NCBI RefSeq assembly: GCF_052425735.1
Contig: NC_135761.1
Location: forward strand, 46,438,001 to 46,502,000
Direction of reading: 5' to 3'
Origin: Oculina patagonica
Lineage: Eukaryota
DNA length: 64,000 nucleotides
Position numbers and translations under genes: made by a program. Shown in pieces: positions 49,188 to 62,000 of this stretch (positions are counted from its first letter, which is position 1; each line of letters begins with the position of its first letter). The notes beneath the pieces are model-generated. The model made no database searches. It was given only the letters and a program-made list of their open reading frames with translations, and was not told where the DNA came from.

Positions 49188-49547
49188 GGGTATGGGAACG
49201 CAAAAAAGCCGAGAACTGTAGCCTATTTGACATTACATCCATACTCTAAAACCCTAGAAAGGTGAAGCCCAGCCCCCAACTCTCTTTCTCTGCTGATTTC
49301 AATTTGAGTTCCAGAGGAAAAAAAGAGAGGCTCCTGTTTTTTTTGACACCAAAAAAGCCGGTGATATGCCAAGAAGGATAGAAAGAACATGGACATTAGT
49401 TTAAAACTGAGTTTTGTCCACTTTTGTTATCGTTTTTGTGCTTCGAATTCTCATTGACTACGAGTAGATTTATCAATGTATTTTGGCATCGTTGGAGTCA
49501 TAATGTATTTTTCTATAGCACTGTCTGGTTACCGGAAGGGGAATTAT

Positions 49548-49863
49548 GAGGGTCTCAATGGGGTTTACCGTTAGCCGTAGGCTTTAGCCGTTAGGCGTAA
49601 AATTTTTACCGTTAGCCGTTATGTCCGTAAAAATCCATTTACTAAACCAAACTAGTTCTGCCCAGAAGGCCCTGAGACCTAATATTTTTTATAATAAATT
49701 TAAAACTTAACTTTTAAACCAATTAAAAATAAAATTAAAACAATGAAATTTAAAACAATGAAATTTAATTTTAACTTCTTACCGTTATGAAATTAACCGT
49801 AGCCGTAAAAAAGCCAAAATATAAACCGTTAACCGTAAAAGCCACCACCCCATTGAGACCCTC
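49548..49863. mobile_element. MITE with 6-bp TSD
   Basis: TIR GAGGGTCTCAATGGGG/CCCCATTGAGACCCTC; AATTAT duplicated. Confidence 0.9.
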
Positions 49864-52800
49864 AATTATCGCCATTCGGAAAGACGAGTTTGTTTTCTTC
49901 TCAAGAGCAGTTTCCGAGTGATTTATGTATCACACAACAAGGAAAATCGAACTAGAGAATTGACGTATTAAGAAGAAAGGATAAGGAAAGCCAAAAAGAA
50001 CTAGTTGAACATACTGGTGCAAAAATATAAAATATTGTAAGTCCGCGTTCCATTTGCAAATCGAATCATCTGTCACGTGATCCACATTGAAGCTGTCGAT
50101 CACGCGAATTTGCAACAAACACACAATACCATTGCACAACTAGTGAATCGGAAGATAACAAAAATATTTTGGAATTTATAAAGTCGTAAGACCTTTCCGT
50201 TCTTATATATTTAATGCCGCACATTTCAAATGTTCATTTCGTATGATCATTAGCGAAAGGCGCCAGATAATTTGGGGAAATTCGAAAATTGGACCCACAT
50301 TGAATATCAGTGGGCGGCGCTTTGTCTAGTAATTTGCAGTCGCTTTCAACTGAATGAGAAATGACTGCTCTGAAAGAGATGTGATACGCAAACAGTAGGT
50401 TAAACAAAAAATTAAAATACCCGGCGATCGTAAGAAATACAACCGCACGGGGATCGCGATCACTGCTAAAACCAGGCCACTGACAATATAATGCTTTAAG
50501 AATGATATAATATTGAGTTATAAAAAGCTTTCTTTTTCATCAGCAAGAAACAAAAAGTGTGATCTTAAGATTTTCTTTTACAGACAAATAAAGTACTTCA
50601 GCTGTCAAGTAGTGTTTTTTATTGACGAAATCCTAGTAATTAATTTTCGAGTTTGGTTTTATATCCCAAAAGCCGACACATAGCACAAGTGTAAAGCTAT
50701 TTTTCGCGTTGAGTAGGGCAAACCGGACATTGTGAAGATTTAGGCCTTCAATATCGCTCAATAGCAAAATAAATTCGCTCTAGTCCATTCCTGGATTCGA
50801 ACGTTGATCTTATTTCTGATGGTGAAGACCCTGAACTTAAAATGTCAGAGCACTTCTCATTTTTACTAACGTGAAAGACCTAATTTTGGCTTGTCTCCCG
50901 AAGATAAGGCTCGATATTGACCCTTGGAATATATCTGAAAACTGATATCAGTTATTGCCGAATTTATCGTTGTTCATTAAGCATAACCGATAAGTTGAAT
51001 AAACAAAATTCTGATTAAATTACTTATTTATCCCTCAGCGTCAATCTCGTTTCTTTTTTAAACATTATTTTTCTAAGTCGCGAAGTTCTTAACGAAGAAT
51101 CTTGATCAACACTTGTTTGATAATCATGAAAAAGCTATTTACGTAAACATGCCGTAAAAATAGTTTTTTTTTTCGCTTAAATCTGTTCACGGTGCTTACT
51201 GAGGCTCATCGACGACTTAAAATACTTAAAAGTGGCAACTTTACCGTGTTAAATTCAGATCCTGAAGTTCTCATGTTTTTTTTTTTCTGTTTCGCAAAGT
51301 TCTTAGCGAGCAACGAAGGTATATACCCAGATCTGTAATAAATTCAGCTCGATTAGCCCCTTATCTCAATCTAATAGCCAGAAAGTATTTTCGTAGATAA
51401 CTTCCACGTTGTGTTTCCTTGTAAAATTTCCAGACTCCCTCGACAGGCAAACTTGAAAACGCGAGCTAGAAATTTAGTTTGACCATATTGTAATCCATTT
51501 CCATCATCGCCATCGTTAGTCATTCTCACTCGCTAATGGGTTACCATTCCCGTCATTTGTCGAGTATTGTTCCACAAAATTAAACCATTATTATTGGGTT
51601 TCATATCATCTAGGGATGTTTTTGATCTTCTCAAAAAAAATCTCTAAAAATAAATGACCTTGATCGTTTAAACTATCACTTCGCGGTTTCGAAACTGATT
51701 CAAATTTTTCCCAAGAAACCATGCCCGGAACACTATAAAATCAGTATAAAAAATCTCGACGAAATCTCTTATTTTATAAAAATAATCTTGGTTTCCCGTC
51801 ATTACGCAGGAAAAGTTATTAATATTTTATTTATATTAGCTTCCTACCCCATTGTAAATGTTCCGTGTTCTTTTTAGTAACTTGCAATGTCGTTACAAAA
51901 CTTGCAGTTGTGGTTATATTATTGAACCTCATAATGCTTGTATCTGAAAAGAACAAAGTAAAAGACATTAATAAAAAACTAAGTAATGGCCCGTTCAAGT
52001 TTAATATGATTAGTCCCTCCCGCGTGTGTTATGGCAGCGAATTGATTCGTAGTAATTCATGCATGTTATTCCGCATTGAAACATCCGGCAAAGGTTTTGC
52101 GGTCAGTTCGTAAAAATAACACTTTAACATATTAAACTTATTTGGTGAAATGACCGAATTTAAAAAGTTATTAGATGTTTTTAAGGTCCCTGAATCGTCA
52201 GAAAATCTAGAAAAGTTCTGTTTAGAAGCGCGAGAGGAATTCTTCGCGATATTACTCACCTTGGAAATTCTTCAGTCTTATCTCGGGTGAAAAATCGTCC
52301 AAAAATCGTCCTTTCTAATCATCCTTCCCATTCTATCGCACTGAACATTGGTTTTATGGCAAATGCCATCACAACGAAACACTCATTGCCGTTTAAAAGT
52401 CTCTGAAGTTAAAAGGCGAATCAATTGAACTGGCTTAGCAAAATTTCCATTCCAACCCCCTCGCCACTTGAAATCAACTGAGACATATTTTGGAGTTGAA
52501 AAGAATGTACGTCACAGGTGCGTTTTTGCGCCAAAACTGATATCGCTTGAGCGGGCGAATATTTCAGGGTAAGCAGGACTAAAAGGAACCGGGTATTTTT
52601 GGAATGATAATGTTAAAGCGATAGTAGGCTTCGATGCTATGTGGTGGTTTCGGCGGGCTTCGCGCGGCGGAAATTTAAACATGGCGGCTTGCTTCCTCTC
52701 CCCTTCCGACTAAGGGATTTGTACGTGGATGCAAATTTGCAAGATTATGGGTGACGCTATTCCGTTCAAATAGCATCGAGGCTATAATTTTCAGGGCCAA

Positions 52801-53875
52801 ATATTGTTTACAACGGCTTTAAATCGGCAAATTTGGAATAATTATTCAGGGCAATCTCTTACGAAAATTTTACTAAAATGTGTGTGTGTGTAATTCTCTC
52901 TTCAAGTTGTAGTTTAACCAAGCCATCTTTTAAATAAAGTTTCGGCAACAATGCATAAAATAAAAACAAAACTACGCGTTCCTCTCATTTGAATTTAACT
53001 CCCCAGTAGAAAAGTTGGCTGAAATAGAACGTAAGTTATTTTCACGAGGAAATTAAGCAATAAAAAGTTACGAAAAGTTTTCCCGCCAAGTTTAAGCTAA
53101 TTTATACTCAATGTTCTGGTTAAAGGAGCGTGAAATTACGCTCGAGTAAAATCACTCAAGTATAGTCTAAATTGTGTTTTCTTTCCGTGCATTAAAATTA
53201 GTAAAATTACGTCGTTGCATTAGTGAGACACTTTAGTACTTAACTCTTAAAAACTAATTATAGGTTAAACGTAATTTTCAGAAGCCAATTAAAAAGTCTC
53301 CCGTGAAAAAACTCTTTAAACTTGTCAATGGATAACAAATTAGCCTTCCTCTATTCAAGTCTTATAAGTCTCTGGGAAACGCTCAATTGTAAGATATTCA
53401 GTCTTGCCGAGTTCACATCATTAGAAAATTCCAGTGTAGTTTAGCTCAACTAAAAACAATAGTTTCTGATATAAAGCAAGAGCTTAAAGGTTGTTTTTAT
53501 AATTGCTGAATCGATTCTTACAAATATTGTTCAGCACTCTATCATGCAATTGAACACTGAAACTCTCATGGATGTTTCTCTCTACTCTAAATTCGTTTTC
53601 AGTCAATATTTTAATATAAAGAGCGTTATTCGCCAGTATTTTTCAGAACTTACTGCTTTTCGGGCATAAATATTACCGTTAAAATTGAAATAATATGTAC
53701 TAAGAAGCCACGTATTACGAAATCGAAATCAGTGGAGGTGAATACCTTTTAAATTACTACGTATTAAATATGTTGGCCTTCAGAATCGTTTCAGCGTGCA
53801 GTATTTCCGCTTGAGTAATATTAGAAATACCTAACAAGAAAAAAGACTTAATATTGGTAATGAGCCTAGTTTTAA

Positions 53876-54257
53876 AGGAACTTTGTCGCGGGGATCTTGC
53901 AGAGTTTTCGTCTAAACTGTTCTGAAATTAATGGTAGGCAACTAAACCTATGAAAGAACATTATCCTTGAACATCTAAAGGATAATATAACCTTAATTTT
54001 CGGACAGAAATCAAGCTACGGCTATAAATATCGATTTTTTGATGACGTGCGGAATCAACTTGAAAACGTTTGCCTAACTTTTTCAAGTTGAAATCCGTTT
54101 CCATCTGAGCCATCCGCAGCCAAAGATGCTCGTTAACAGTTTCAGCGCGCTTACATAGCAAATTTTTACGAAAATGGACTGTCATTTTTAGGTTTCCTGT
54201 GACACAATAAAAATTTTGGCTGTTAAAAAATCTGGTTAAATCCGTGGCATAGTCCCT
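53876..54257. mobile_element. TTAA-flanked Kolobok-like MITE
   Basis: TTAA|AGGAACTTTGTCGCGG ... CCGTGGCATAGTCCCT|TTAA (imperfect TIR). Confidence 0.65.
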
Positions 54258-55293
54258 TTAAGAAAAGAGGACTGAAAAATTTAGTCCATCGCGTTTTTAT
54301 TTCTGATTTGAAGAAATTGTTATCGAGATTTCATTTCTGTTTTGTTAAATACCTTTTATACCTTCTGAAGGCAGAGGTGTATACAAAAGGACAATATTAA
54401 CTCTAAAAATTTCTTCCCGCGGGGCATGGGTTTCCTTAGGGATCTTGGACAGCTCAATAACGTTTTTTTCCAATACCAAATTGTCATTAGATATTTTATT
54501 GCCTATTTAGAATTAGAACTATATATATAAGATCACGAAAAAATTGCACGATCCGAAAGGTGGCGTAGTTAAAATTATATTATGCGAAAAATAAATCTTG
54601 TATTACTCTGTAGTCATTTCGCACACTCTCAAGCGATTATCTGCGCTAACTTGCATGTTTTCGTTTTCGTGAAAAATGTAAGCTTGCGTTTTTTGAAGTA
54701 AGGAGTTCCTTCTTTAAGCATATATGTATGCAAATATATGTGCACTCAAAAAAACAATCGTCAATTTTCAAATAGCAGCACTTATTCCTCATTCCTGAAG
54801 TTAAGACGTCATTCTAACAGATTTGAACGTCAAATGACACATTAAAAGAATTAATCAGATAGTCGTCTTTTTAAACGTTAGCCAAGATTTCAAAATGCAG
54901 CAACTAGCTGTGTGAGGTCGTTTTTTAAAAAAGTATTGAACAAAAATGAGCCAGCTTTTACATTACGTTAAAAATTAAGTAGATGGATTGAAATAGCAAA
55001 ATCCTCTTCCGTGACGAGAAACATGTTAATGAGAACCATTTTAGCTTAAAGGACCCTAAAGTGACATCAAACTTTAATTCGATCGTAAATTATGTAGCTT
55101 TGAAACTTCACTATAAGAGAGATTTATGTGTTGTTATACCGAGTATTATGACATTGCAAATCAAAAATACATAAGGGATATCTATAAAAACGTAATAGCC
55201 TCTGTCTCGATCTTTGTCAGTTAACTTTTCATACCCATACCGTATTTACATACCAGTACATTCGACCAAGAGGGCAACAGAAGCGAGGAAATT

Positions 55294-55528
55294 TGAATGA
55301 ATGTATGAATGAATGAATGAATGAATGATATAGGTTCTTATATAGCGCATTTACAAAGCTCAATGCGCTTCACAATTAAAATTATGGGATGAGACCGGAC
55401 ATCAGCATATCAGGCGCTTTTGGCAGCCGCTATCCGTCGATGTGTATGATCTCACCCCACCACCCAACCTATAGATACATGTGAAAGAACAGACCACAAC
55501 ACCGGGAAATTCGTGCCCTACTCTTTCG
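55294..55528 (-). mobile_element. SINE/LINE-like 3' fragment with (ATTC)n tail
   Basis: (GAAT)n run followed by TTATATAGCGCATTTACA...ACCACAACACCGGGAAATTCGTGCCCTACTCTTTCG. Confidence 0.5.
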
Positions 55529-57625
55529 GACACAAGCATGGAAACATCGTCGTGATTTTCTTAAACTCCTTAAACTATGATTTACTCATTTTTTCCCAAA
55601 ACGGAAACGAGTTGTACGTGCAGGTGTCTCAATTAAATTTTTTCAAACTAAAGCAACTTAAAACGGGTTTGTGAAAAATCACAGTATTTCCAGTTTTTTC
55701 CCGATTTGCCTCGCCTCTATGTCCAGCTTTAATTTTGTACCAATATAAAAAGGGCCTATATTGAGATAAACTTTCTCTGTGAGTCCTCTTTATGTGATAA
55801 GCTTTAAAAAATTCAAAACCAAATTGTTTTCAAGGCTAGCACTACATCAATAGACAAAGAAGCACTTTATGTGGTCCTCTACCTTAAAAAATGTTAAAAG
55901 TTAAACATCACTTACCAGCTATCAAATTTATCCTTGCCCAGTGGCCAGAGAGGTACTGGTTTTCTTCCCTCGCGGCTAATCGACCGCGGTCAAACGACAG
56001 AAATATGCAAAGAATAAGAAAAGTACTGCAAAGATAAGGTTTTAATTTTCACAGTACAAAGTTCGATACATTACCGGAATTCTGAGGGTTTACTAAGTTT
56101 TTTGAAGCTTTACTAAAAAAAGTTCTACGTGTTTGAAAATAGCGATATGCGGACTTGACGGCGCCATTTATACAGCACTTTGGTTCCGATGCGGAACATT
56201 TAAAAAGTAAAAACACTCGTTTATTTGAGGAAATGGGATTATGCTTACACTCAGCAACTATTTTTATCTATCCCTGCTCATACTAACACTTCAATAAGAA
56301 CAAAAAACGCCGAAATGGAACGAAAAGCTGCCTGATATGTTGACGGTGACCACGGCTGATCAGCTTTGCGCACGAATTTGTAGACGGAAAACGCGAGCGA
56401 GAAATGGTACCCAGGATGAGGACATGTTTCTCTTTAACAATACCGTAAAATTACGGTTATAAGCCCTTCCGCTTCAAAGCCCCTCGGTTATAGGCTTATC
56501 TTCCTGGAAACAAAACAAAATACATCCGGTTATAAGCCCCCCCCCCGCTAGACACAACCCCCCCCCCCCCTTGCTGGATGACAGTACAAAACAGGACTAA
56601 ATGTTGCTTCATTATTACTTGTTAACCTAAAAACGTATTTCTAACAACACTGCCGTGGCTAGTTTCGAAACGTTTTTTTATTCCGCTTATAACCCCCCGG
56701 ATAAGGCCCCTCCGTTTATAAGCTCACCCAAAACCCCTTACGAAGTTTTATAAGCCCAGGGCTAATAACAGTAATAACCGGGATGAAAATGAAAGAAGAA
56801 AATGCATAAAATTTTACCAACCTTCGCGCTTAGGTGTCCTCATTCATTCTCTTTTTTGTATTTGCTGTCATTTATGATTTGATTTCAGTTTCATCTTTTT
56901 CTTATTTTTGTTAGAAACAGATATGTGTACCGAACGAAAATTCATCAAACTACATCCACTTTTGACGTACGTAAATACAAATTCTACGACCCCCATTTCG
57001 TGTGTTTTGTTTTGTTGCTGTTGTTTTTATTTTTTGCCCCTTTTATATATTGCTCTCTTCGTCAGGCCAAGGATATTTTCCTTTGTAACTCAGCAAATCC
57101 AAAAGAAGAATTGTTAAGAAGACAAGACAAGACAAGACGTCTACACTTGAGAAATATTTTAATGTTTATTTGTTCACACAGACAGCAGTGGCCAACGTAT
57201 TAGCTATTGCTGATAAACTTCAAATCCTTCTACCGCCTTCAATTGTTTTTGCTATAATTTCGGCCTGATCAATGCCAACATGGAGGAATCAGCTCGCCAG
57301 CAGCAAAGAGCACGATGACAGGTCTCTGCACGGTTGGCCCAGACACCCACAGAAAACAGAACGCGACACGGACGACAAGCCTCAAGCAGACAGTGGCCAG
57401 TGGAACAGCCCGGACAGAGAGTCGCTTGAACGAGACTCTAGGACGCATTGAAGAGCTTGTACTCCTGAAATAGATGTGTTGTATGATGACGTATAAAGAT
57501 TATCCATCCATCCATCCATCCAATGCCGTTACCTTGCAGCTATATAATTAAACGTGGATGTTAAGGTATCATCTACAATTCAAAGCAAATATTATCAGGG
57601 GTACAATCTTTTAGAAACCTGCTAT

Positions 57626-58510
57626 CAGCTGGAAAATCCCATCTCGACAACTTAGAACGCGCCGTAGAGTCGGCGATATCTCTATTAGTGAAAATATATC
57701 AACTTCGAGTAGAATATAACGTCTTACACAATGCTTTCTACATTGATAATGAGTAGAATATTTAAATATTTAGTTTGATAAGTTAAATTGGACGAACCAA
57801 ACGAACGATTGAACAAATGAATGTATATGAATGAACGAAAAATGGATGGATGGATGGATGGATAGATGAATGAATGGATGAACGAAATAAACGAACAAAC
57901 AAATAAACTCATGAACAAATGAATGAACGAACGAACGAAAAATGAACGAATTCATGAACGAATGAATTCAGGTGGAAAATCCCATCGCGACAACTCAAGA
58001 ACGCGCCGTAGAGTCGGTGGATATCGCTATTAGTGAAATATCAACTTCGAGTAGAATATAACGTCTTACACAATGATTTCCACATTGATAATGAGTTGAA
58101 TATTTGACTGTTTGAAATACTCAGTTTGATTTAATTAGTTGAATTGAACGAACAAACGAACTAATGAATATATGAACGAATGAATAAAGGAAGGAGTAAG
58201 TAAAGAGATAAAGGAACTGGAATAAACGAATGAATTGACTAACAAACTAATGAATAAATGAATGAATAAATGGACGGACGGATGGATGGATGGATGGATA
58301 AATGAACTAATAAACAAACGAAAACGAACGAACGACTTCAGCTGGAAAATCCCATCGCGGTAACTTGAAAACGCGCCTTGGAGTCGGCGGTATGGCCATT
58401 AGTGAAATATCAACCTCGGAGTAAGATGTAACGTCTAATACAACATTGGATTCTACATTGATAACGAGAATAAATATTTGAGTACGTTCAGTTTGATTAG
58501 TTAAATGAGC
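57626..58510. repeat. Three diverged tandem units separated by (GAAT/GGAT/GAAC)n microsatellite spacers
   Basis: Unit CAG(C/G)TGGAAAATCCCATC...ACGCGCC(G/T)T(A/G)GAGTCGG...ATTAGTGAAA...ACATTGATAA starts near 57626, 57969 and 58339. Confidence 0.85.
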
Positions 58511-58805
58511 TATATGCATATGCCATGATGATATTTCAAGTCATTTACTTGAGGGCCGGATTGTTCAAAAGCCGATAAATACTAATCCACTATTAATTTC
58601 CTTTTGCAAAAGTGTTTCTCTTTGCTAACGTTTTGTGGAGTTTGAAAATTAGTGGACGAAGAAAACTGGAAGAGGGAAAGATAAAAAAGAAAACATCACT
58701 GAAAAGTAAGTAATATATATTATAGAAAAGTCCACGCTTATCCTGGATGAGCTTAATCGTGCTTTTAACAACAGCTGTTGTGCAAAACTACCTTCAAAAT
58801 TGAAA

Positions 58806-59032
58806 AAGGAGAAGCCACGAGCCAAGGGCCCACACTGCCGGAGCTATCCATTTCCGTAATTAAGCTAGAAATTCATAGTCCATTAGGGATGGTACCTATA
58901 CCTGGTGGAGAGAGGCTGAGAGTAATGAGTGTCTTGCCCAAGAACACAACACAAGTGACCCCGGCAGGGGCTCAAACTCGGACCGCTCGATCCGGAGTCC
59001 GGCGCACTAACCATTAGGCCACCGCGCCTCCC
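58806..59032 (-). mobile_element. tRNA-derived SINE
   Basis: Head GGGAGGCGCGGTGGCCTAATGGTTAGTGCGCCGGACTCCGGATCGAGCGGTCCGAGTTTGAGCCC (A box and degenerate B box), then TGTGTTCTTGGGCAAGACACT; AAAATTGAA on both flanks. Confidence 0.8.
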
Positions 59033-62000
59033 AAAATTGAAGGAAAACTCAAAATAATGATATAAAACTGAACCAGGATGGCGGTGAATGCGGGAGATTA
59101 AAACGGGTTACGAATGGGCAAACGAACAAACGAGTTGTTAGTTGGGGATCAGCGCGTAAAAAAGCCAAAAACGGGATCCGGCTGGAAGGGCCGAGAAGGA
59201 ACTGGCCCTGGGCCGGTATCAAGGAACTTGCTGCAAGTGAAGTGGCGGGTGGGGGAGGGGAAGAACTTCCTCCCTACCCCTCTCGCTCCTTTTTCTCAAT
59301 TCCTACTCTCTAAGTGCCCCATCCTCGACTAGAGAGCCTTTTTGCAGGCTACACGTAAAAAAGGATTAGAGCAAAAAACCAGTAGCAAAAATAGCCAGGT
59401 ACCTGAGACGAGAAGTCATCGCGTCTCTCTGACTACTAACTCATACCTCCTTTCACTTTTTCTTCTTCGTGCTGCTCCACAACTAACCGAACACCTGGAA
59501 CAGTGAGTGAACGAGCGAATGATCAAGTTTAGAAGAAAAATCTATAACAAAATTGAGATACAATCAAGAGGATTTCAAATACTCTAAAAAAATCTTAGCA
59601 TCTTTTTTTGGGATTTCATGATTGCGTGATATAGCCTGTTATTCGATTTACTAGCGTAGAATGTGGACAGTGATGAAACCTGTGGAGACTCAGCTCAAGT
59701 CCCCCTTATTATCATAATTAACGAAATATTATTTGATCAGTATTTCACTGTATTCCATCGACGTGCGGTTTTATCCGAATCGATGAAAATTTTCACTAAA
59801 AATTAATAGGTAGTTACGTCGGTTGAGGGAGTATAAGGGGGTGTTCTCTAAAATGCAAACAGATATTAATTTGTAACCTGTTACTTACGTGCGAGGAGCT
59901 AATGGCGTGGGACGAGGTGACGTGCATTTTGTAAAATGATACGAGAAGATGGTATGATGAAAAAAATATGCTGTACTGATTTTTATGAAATAATTTTATT
60001 TTATTTTATTTTAAAAACGTTTTTGGCTAGTAATCGTCAATAAATGTAGCTAATGGAAAGTGTGTGTCCCAAAAACTTTTGGTGGTAGATCATGCGTGAT
60101 GCTAAAAGAGTACCATTGTGTTCCTATGTTTTCACAGGTGTATCTCCACAATCAATCGTATGTGAAGAGTTCCATCCGAAAAAAATCGTCTCTCTCAATG
60201 GCGCGCAACACCAGAAAAATACCTTTTGAGATTTTTATTCACTAAATGAGTTCAGAAAATCGACGTACGGAGTAAAAGTTCATAAGATCTTGGGAGAAAA
60301 AAACCAGTTTACTCGTGTTTACGTTTAGTGCCACATATATTTTCACCATAAAAATTAATTAAGCTTTTATTGTTTAGAGAAAGAGAGTCCATAAAATTCT
60401 TAACTATACAAATTATAGTTCAGGCCTTTTCATTTTGCAGTTAATTTTCTGTCATTTTGATTTTGAAATTCGCATTCGAGGGGAAATTTACATAAAACGA
60501 ATAACGAAATGAACCCAACGCAGTCACCTTTTCGATTACCTTGGTAACAGCCAATCAGAAAGCATTGTTTCGTCATCAGCTCAATTCAAAGATAACTTGT
60601 GTAAACCACGACCGGTGAATATTGGCTTTATTTTGTGAATGAATAAGTCAATACGGATATTTTACTGAAATTAAATCGCTGTAGGGAATATATACGCTCC
60701 AACACCTTCTGCCAGGATATTCCAAGGTAAGCCTCAAAAAGGAATTTTACTGTTAGAAAATTTGCACTATAGCTTTGCCTTTATTGAGAATTGTTTCGTC
60801 TAGCCATAGTTTAAATGGAGTTTAATATTTCTCTACCGGCCACATGCCGAATTAAGATCATATCACACCAGTGAAACTATCACACCATCAAGGAACTGAG
60901 CTAAAAAATAACATCAATTTTTCAAGTCTCCTTGAAAAACTCGGCGAAAAAGTCCTTATTTCGAGTTAAGATTTGAGAAATTAACCCCACGTTAGGCTTA
61001 AACATAATAATTTCTTTACGGAAAAAACGTCGAAAGTCGAAATTTTTAAATTGAAAAATTAGAAAGATCTACCGATATGGTCTCGCGTATTTTCAAGAAT
61101 AAAGACCTAATAAATGATAAAACACTTCATTGTTGCATGCTAAAATTCTGCAGAAACTAGAAAAATACTTTTAAGTCAATTGGAGTTTGCTCGAAAACGG
61201 TTGAAAGAGCGAAGCTCTCTTTGTTTTTAGCAGAAGGTTGATTTGGAGATTAACTTAAGTTGTCCTCGTTTTTCTAAAGAGCCAAACTATTCATTTTACA
61301 CACAATTTTTATTTACGAAAAAGAGATCTGGTTATTTATGGGAACCCTGTGTATAAGGCTCCCAAAATTCTACCACAGTCGATCGAAGCATGCCAGCATA
61401 TTTTCGAACCACGTAACTCAAAACTTGAATTGAGAGTTGCTTTCGCTTCGATTCAAATTAAATCACGCATCAGAAAAGCGAAGGTCGGACGAAATAGATA
61501 CCCTAGATGTTATCAGGCTGTCGAATGACAGTCGAGACAGAATCAAATTGGCAAAAACAACAAAGCAAAATTATGCGGTTACTTTGCATGATTTATATTC
61601 CGCCTCAATTTTATCCTTCCGTGTTCAGAGTATTTGAACAAGTTGCGTCGAGTGACATAAGTCTAGATGCATCAAATTAAAAGCATAGACTGTTTGGGTA
61701 TTTTACTCCTTGGCAACTCCAGTTCATTTCAAAATCGAAGCACCTTTACCTATTTCAAACCGCAAATTATGATGTTCTAATTTTGCTTTCTCTACCATTT
61801 TGTTTGTTTATTTGTTTTTAGCAAGAAAAGCGAACCCTAATTCTGTTAGCTGTTTTAAGAATCAACCAAAAACTGCCTCACACATATTGGATGTGGCATG
61901 AGGATTAAGAACTTTTTTTTAATTCCATCGAGTTATGTTGTCTACCATCAACTGCACATCTTTCTTTAACCGTCCACTTCACAAAATGTGCAGGAGTGTT

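Noticed and set aside
58960-59032. tRNA-like sequence
   Set aside because: No closed acceptor stem, degenerate B box, and it continues into a SINE body.
60560-60585. CTGATGACGAAAC on the minus strand (both hammerhead core strings)
   Set aside because: No stem II between the motifs and no convincing stems I or III.
60540-60735. CCAAT box and strong plus-strand donor AAG|GTAAG
   Set aside because: No associated ORF or downstream exon identifiable in the window.
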